From Thelocarpon superellum (lineage: Eukaryota): a stretch of 56,552 nt of DNA. The position numbers were made by a program, and so were the translations under genes. The stretch lies in NCBI GenBank assembly GCA_026025795.1, contig JAPEUG010000072.1, forward strand, positions 1 to 56,552. The letters are read 5' to 3'. Shown in pieces: positions 51,302-56,552 of this stretch (its first letter is position 1; every line of letters starts with the position of its first letter). Below the pieces are notes generated by a model. The model worked only from the letters and a program-made list of their open reading frames with translations, did not search any database and was not told the DNA's origin.

Positions 51302-52499
51302 ATGAGTGGTGCAATGGAGAGGTGGTGGAGTGTGGCGTGGCGCTGTACGATTACTCTTCCTTGAACTACTTCAGATAGTTGAATAATCAACGAAGATGAG
51401 CGGGGCGAATTATGTGTATGTCGCCCCAAGTATGGGGCGGATCACGACCATGTTTCGGCTCAATGAATAAAATATTGGTAAACCAGATAATATAATATTT
51501 GGCCAATTAAAGAATTATGAATTAAATATTCAAGATATATCCAACCGGCGTTCTCGCTGACGGTATCTCGAGCTGTACAAGACCGCCTTGGCTCTCGGGT
51601 TTGCACGATGCTGACTGTGTGAGCATCTACGCTTACCTCCACGTCTGCAAGACTTCATCCTTGAGAATGCAGGTCGTCCTGTACCTTGGCCGACGCGTCT
51701 GGCACGGACATTTACATGGTTCGGGAGCTGGCTGGGTCAAGAGACCAAACCCTTTCAAGGATAGGCATAGGACGATGTAGGATGGATAGCTCAGCCTTGC
51801 TGGACTCTGCAGAGGATCTCAGCCTCGCCGGTACTTACCGGACGGCAGCTTATGGTGGGCGCGACCATACTATGGTTAGTACCGGTCGCACTCATCGGAC
51901 ATGGGGCTTAGTGGTGAGAGGGAGAAGACAAGGAGATAGATGCCAAGGTGAGCGGCCCAAACTTGATGCAGCTGGCCAGGGTCTTGCTGGATGTTGAGGC
52001 GTAGTTGCAGCGCACTGTATCAGTCCATCTCGCGGGGTGGGGCTTACTCTTGCTCGCTCAGTCGCCGAAATGACGACTGACGGAACTCTCTCTTAAGCTT
52101 CCTGCTGCGCGTCGAATATTTAAATGTATTATTTTATTTCATCGATTAAAAAATAAGTCACTCGCTCAAGTTCGGTACGGAATGTTCATGATGACTGGAG
52201 TTTCACGTGACGAATTCGCGTCCTACGTCATGATATCCTCATCCTCCCTACCACCTTCTCCTTACTAAATATGTTTCCTATCTTGTTAACTTATCTACGT
52301 TCGGTCTTCCAGTAAAGCGTCTCCAGCTTTCTCCCTCAGCTGTAGTTTTTCTAAGCGTCCAATCAAATCCCCACATGTACGTCCACTATGTGAACAAGGA
52401 ACTGTGCAGACGTACCGTCATACCGGTACCTCGGAATAGCTCAAGAGAAGAAAAGGCCATCAAAGCAAGGACCTACGTTTAACGTATCAAGATCTCAAT

Positions 52500-53885
52500 A
52501 TGGCACCCCTCAACATCCTCATCATTGGCTGCAGTATTGCCGGCCCCACGCTCGCCGCCTTCCTGCTCCTCGCCCCGCTTCCCGCCTCTGAGAAACCACG
52601 CATCACCATCCTCGAGCGATCCTCCGCGCTTCGCACGGCAGGCCAGAACATCGACATCCGCGGCGCAGGCGTGACCATCATCCGCAAGCTGGGACTCGAG
52701 GCCCTGGTCCGGGCATCCACGACAGGTGAGGAAGGCGTCCAGTTCGTCGACGCGGAAAACCGCGTGTGGGGCGCGTTCGCGGCGGGCAAGGGCGGGCAGT
52801 CGCGGACGCCGACGAGCGAGATCGAGATCATGAGGGGCACACTCGCGGATATCTGTTTCAAGAGGAGCAAGTCTGTCAGCGATGAGGTGCAGGGGGACGG
52901 TGGCGCGGGGGTGGAGTATGTCTTTGGTGATTCTCTCGAGGGGGTGGAACAAGACGGGGATCAGGTGCATGTGCGCTTTGCAAAGAGCGGGGAGAGGCGG
53001 AGCTACGATCTGGTGGTTGGCGCGGACGGGCTGCAGAGTCAGACGCGGAACATGGTGTGGGGTGTGGAGGGGGAGAAGGACCGGCTGAAAAAGCTGGGCA
53101 TGTACGCCGCCTTCTTCAGCATGTCGCGGGCGAAGACGGACAGCTTGTGGCGCCGTTGGTTCCATGCGCCCGGGCGGCGGGGGATCATGTTGCGGCCCGA
53201 CCAGCAGCGGGGCCGGACGACAGCGCTGGTATCTGTGGTCAATGAGAAGGACACGAGATTGGTCGAGGTTGCAACAAGGGGACATGCCAAGGAGCAGAAG
53301 AAGCTGATGGAGGAGTACTTCCGGGGCGTGGGATGGGAGAGCGAGAGGGTTCTCGACGAGATGACGGCGACCAAGGATTTCTACTACGACATGGTGGCCC
53401 AGATCAAGATGGACAGGTGGAGCAAGGGCAGGGTGGTGCTGCTGGGCGACGCTGGGTGGGTGTTCCTCCTATTTTGACCTCCTATCTTAATTGCTAGGGT
53501 CTTGCTTGGGTTACTGCACCTGCCGCTGATCCGATGCAGGTATTGCGCCTCGCCCATCTCGGGCATGGGCACAACGCTGGCCCTGGTTGGCGCGTACAAC
53601 CTTGCGGGAGCACTCACACGCCATCCGGACGATTACACCCAGGCTTTCGCCGAGTACGAGAAGCACACGCGGCCCGCTGTCGACCGCGCGCAGAAATTGG
53701 TGCCCGGCATGTCCCACATCTTGCACCCGGAAACGGCATGGGGAGTCTGGACATTGAACGCCATCATGTCCTTTCTGACCTGGACGAGGATAGCGACGTT
53801 GCTATTCATGTTCATTGGACCGCCGGCAGACACGGTATCGGTCGAGGAGTATGGATTCAAGCAGCTGCCGGTATTGCAGGCTTAG
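52500..53885 (+). CDS. FAD-dependent monooxygenase/oxidoreductase (FAD_binding_3 type), 2 exons
   Basis: ILIIGCSIAGP, GQNIDIRG, DLVVGADGLQS and RVVLLGDAG|YCASPISGMGTTLALVGAY. Confidence 0.9.
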
Positions 53886-54157
53886 ACGGAAAACGGTCTC
53901 GGGCCCCACTCGAGCTACATGGATGCAACTTATCCCCATCTCCTCTCATTGGTGTATCATATTCACTAAACTGAATCATTCGAACTGGTTCGAGAATATT
54001 TCGACTCAAGGTCAATCAATGGCCGAATGAGCGCACCGTCATGCCACCTCTAATGCTACAAAACTCCTTCCCCAAAGATGCATATGTGTCGCTCTGAAAG
54101 AAGAATAGAGAACAAGAAGACGGCTCGGAATAGATCGAGGGTACCACTGGGTTGCCT

Positions 54158-55779
54158 TCACCACCCCGCGGCTGTTCGAACGTTCCCAATCCAGTCAGGA
54201 TAGGCGGGATCGTATTTCCAGGTCGCGACGCCACCGTACTGGCCCTTCTTTGTCGCCAGACAGTCACCGAGCACCGTGCCGACACCATCGGAGAATTTGT
54301 TGTTGCTGTTGGCAAAGATCTGCGGGATACCGACCAGGTATTTCTCGGCCGGGATCACTCCCTGCGTCAAGATCTCCCCCACGGACGTCCCGGCGAGGAC
54401 GGGACACGCTGTAAAGAGCGAGTCACAGGTGTCCCAATACCCGGGGCCCCAGTAATACATGCCGTCGATGTAGTCGATGTCGCCCATCACTTGGTCCGGC
54501 ACCGATCCCGTCATGTTGGAGAAGAGACGACCCGGGGCCATCCAGGTCGGGGTGACGGACATGGAGATGATGTAGGGCGACGGCAGGTTCTGTCGCAACG
54601 TCTGGATGAGCGTCACGAGGAAGGCAATCGCCTCGGGCTGCGAGTTCTGCGCAAAGGCAAAGGCCTCGTAGTCAATGTCGACCCCGTCGAATAGATACTG
54701 CTTGGCGAAGTTGGCAATTTCCAGGCCGAGCGCAGAGCCATCTGCCGCATCCCACGTTGCCTTCGTTTCCAGTCCGCCGAAGCAGGTGAAGGTCAGGCGG
54801 ACGCCGGCATCGCGATAGACCTTCTTCTGCGCCGTCCGTTGCTCGTCGGTCATGTCGGTCCAAGCGGCGAGCGAGTCCATGGGTCCTCCGATCGACCCAG
54901 GTGCTTTCACCGGCGCGTATGTCGTGTAGAAGGCGAGGATGTACGTGTTGTACCCGGCCATCAGGGAGGGATTGGTGACGATGTTATCTGAGGGCGTGTC
55001 CGAGAATCTGAAGGTCATCGTCGAATAAGCGACCATACTTGAGTGGTTTGACCTCCCCTGGCGCCAGTGACTTACCGATCATCGTACAACACCGACCACA
55101 TGGATGGCGAGGGCAAGATGGAAGGGCCGTTGCTCGTTGACGTCGCGCTTTTCGATGTCGCGCTTGCGGAGGTTGTGCTGGTGCCAGTACCGGTAGTGCT
55201 GGTCGTCGACGCAGACCCGGTGCTTGATGACGAATTACCGGTCGAAGTGGTCGATCCACCGGACGATGACGACGACGATGGTGACGAAGAGACACCCGTA
55301 GACGCCGCAGATCCCGACGATGCGGACGCCGATCCCGTTGAAGCCGCAGACCCTGAAGATGCAGTAGAACCCGCCGAGTCCAATGACGTCGCGCCGACGT
55401 GACTGCCGGTGGACTCGGAGTCACCGCCCGACCCGGCGAGGCCGAGAGCCGGTGCGAGGCCTGCTGCTGGGATCCCCCGCACGCCAGCCAAGCCAGGCGC
55501 CCCGTTCGTCTTCGCTGTGGCCCCTGAGCTTGACCCATTGCCTGATCCGTTGTCTGACACCGCAAACTCCGCCGCCGGCCCCCCCTCGGTGGACTTGGCT
55601 CCCTCCACGCCCCCTTCTGATGGAGATCCAGATGGTCCAGGCGCGAGTGAAGCTATCGGCGTCACCACCTCCATCGTGACCAAGGTTCCTCCCTCGCAGT
55701 CGCACGGTGGCGAAGGAGCCGCGACAGCAGAAGACAAGGAACCCAGCAGCAGGAACGCTGCAATCCAAGGAAACAACAT
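54158..55779 (-). CDS. Secreted GH18 chitinase-like protein: signal peptide, long Ser/Gly/Thr-rich stalk, C-terminal catalytic domain (2 exons)
   Basis: MLFPWIAAFLLLGSLSSAVAAP signal. Intron 55075-55008 (GTAAGT..CAG) joins ...VLYDDR|FSDTP. Contains TCFGG, an intact FDGVDIDYE catalytic motif and GGVATWKY. Confidence 0.85.
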
Positions 55780-56552
55780 GATGACGCTATGATGGGATGA
55801 GCTCCGAGAGAAGAGAGAGAGAGAGAGCCTTCGTCTGACCTCACGCACCGAAAGGGTTTGTGAGTGAACATTGTTTGCGGGAAACGCCGAGGCACGGAGA
55901 CTATGTACCAAGCACCTAAACGGCCCTCGAGCTCTCCGTGTGTGGCTGTCGGACGTTTGGTCTACATACTTGCGTATGTTCTGACCGGGACCTCGTGCAC
56001 AAAGATCACCGCGTCCGGCCCAGGGGGAGAGACCAGAGAAATCCTTGCCGATATGCAACGCTGTGTATTGTTGTGCAACGGTTCGGGGGGGAACGCTATC
56101 ACGCCATTTGTGGAGCTTATTCCTTCCATGGCCATTCAGAGCCCGGTGATTTGCTATTCGTGGAGCGGAGAACATGCTCTAAATCCAACCCGGGCCGATC
56201 CACATCGTCCGGGGTGGACCAGGGGAACCGTGCTGGGTGCCGCGGGCTGGCCATTGGGAGTCGATCCAATAGGGTCCAGCGACGACGAGACCGCGCTCCG
56301 TGCCCAGGCTGGCACGTGTAGCAGGACAATGGAGAAGATCAGCAAGAACGTTGTTCCGTTCGGAGGTTCCGGAGGTGCTGGACCATTGATCGGCGTTCGC
56401 GCAGTGGGAGAATGATTTGTCGCTAGCAAGGACCGCTGTTTGGGGGGACGCCCCGACTAACTCGCTTGCGACAAGGATGAACAGGAGACGCCCCTGCCTT
56501 AGCGAAAAGCCGTGTACATACATTATTCTTGGCGAAGGCTGCAGAGGCGGAG

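Noticed and set aside
53975..54005. GGTTCGA as a tRNA T-loop
   Set aside because: No cloverleaf or A-box could be built around it.
55038..55075. 38-nt mini-intron (AAG acceptor), or a separate GH18 gene starting at ATG 55036
   Set aside because: A 68-nt intron ending at CAG 55008 is also in frame, has typical length and gives a better domain start (VLYDDRFSD).

Overview
Gene-dense, GC-rich, intron-containing fungal DNA (filamentous ascomycete, Pezizomycotina-like, judged from short GT-AG introns with CTRAC branch points and from the gene families present). I reconstructed about 28 protein-coding genes by manual splicing. Most are housekeeping: ZUFSP/Mug105-type C78 deubiquitinase (runs off the left end), MFS transporter, cytosolic seryl-tRNA synthetase, Rheb, Wapl, uracil phosphoribosyltransferase, Elf1, Urc1/Urg1-type GTP cyclohydrolase II-like protein, RPS1, a Rab18-like GTPase, ABHD11-like hydrolase, GABA transaminase, Bet5, CaMKK, Sat4/Hal4 kinase, Rvs161, Pth1, Ytp1, Mid1, Coq8 and Es2. 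Three orphan small secreted protein genes are interspersed. The right end looks accessory, with a Cys-rich secreted protein, an FAD monooxygenase and an unusual GH18. Best leads: (1) a secreted two-repeat precursor with RR|G dibasic sites (Kex2-processed peptide candidate); (2) a spliced secreted Gly/Trp/His/Asp-rich protein with PrP-octarepeat-like GGGWGG units, which the ORF track misses; (3) an ELF1 intron that restores the conserved protein only with a non-canonical GG 3' splice site; (4) UPRTase lying next to URC1, as in uracil-catabolism clusters; (5) a GH18 resembling basidiomycete-type enzymes. I recognised no tRNA, rRNA, CRISPR array or intact transposon. All homology calls come from recalled motifs, not database searches.
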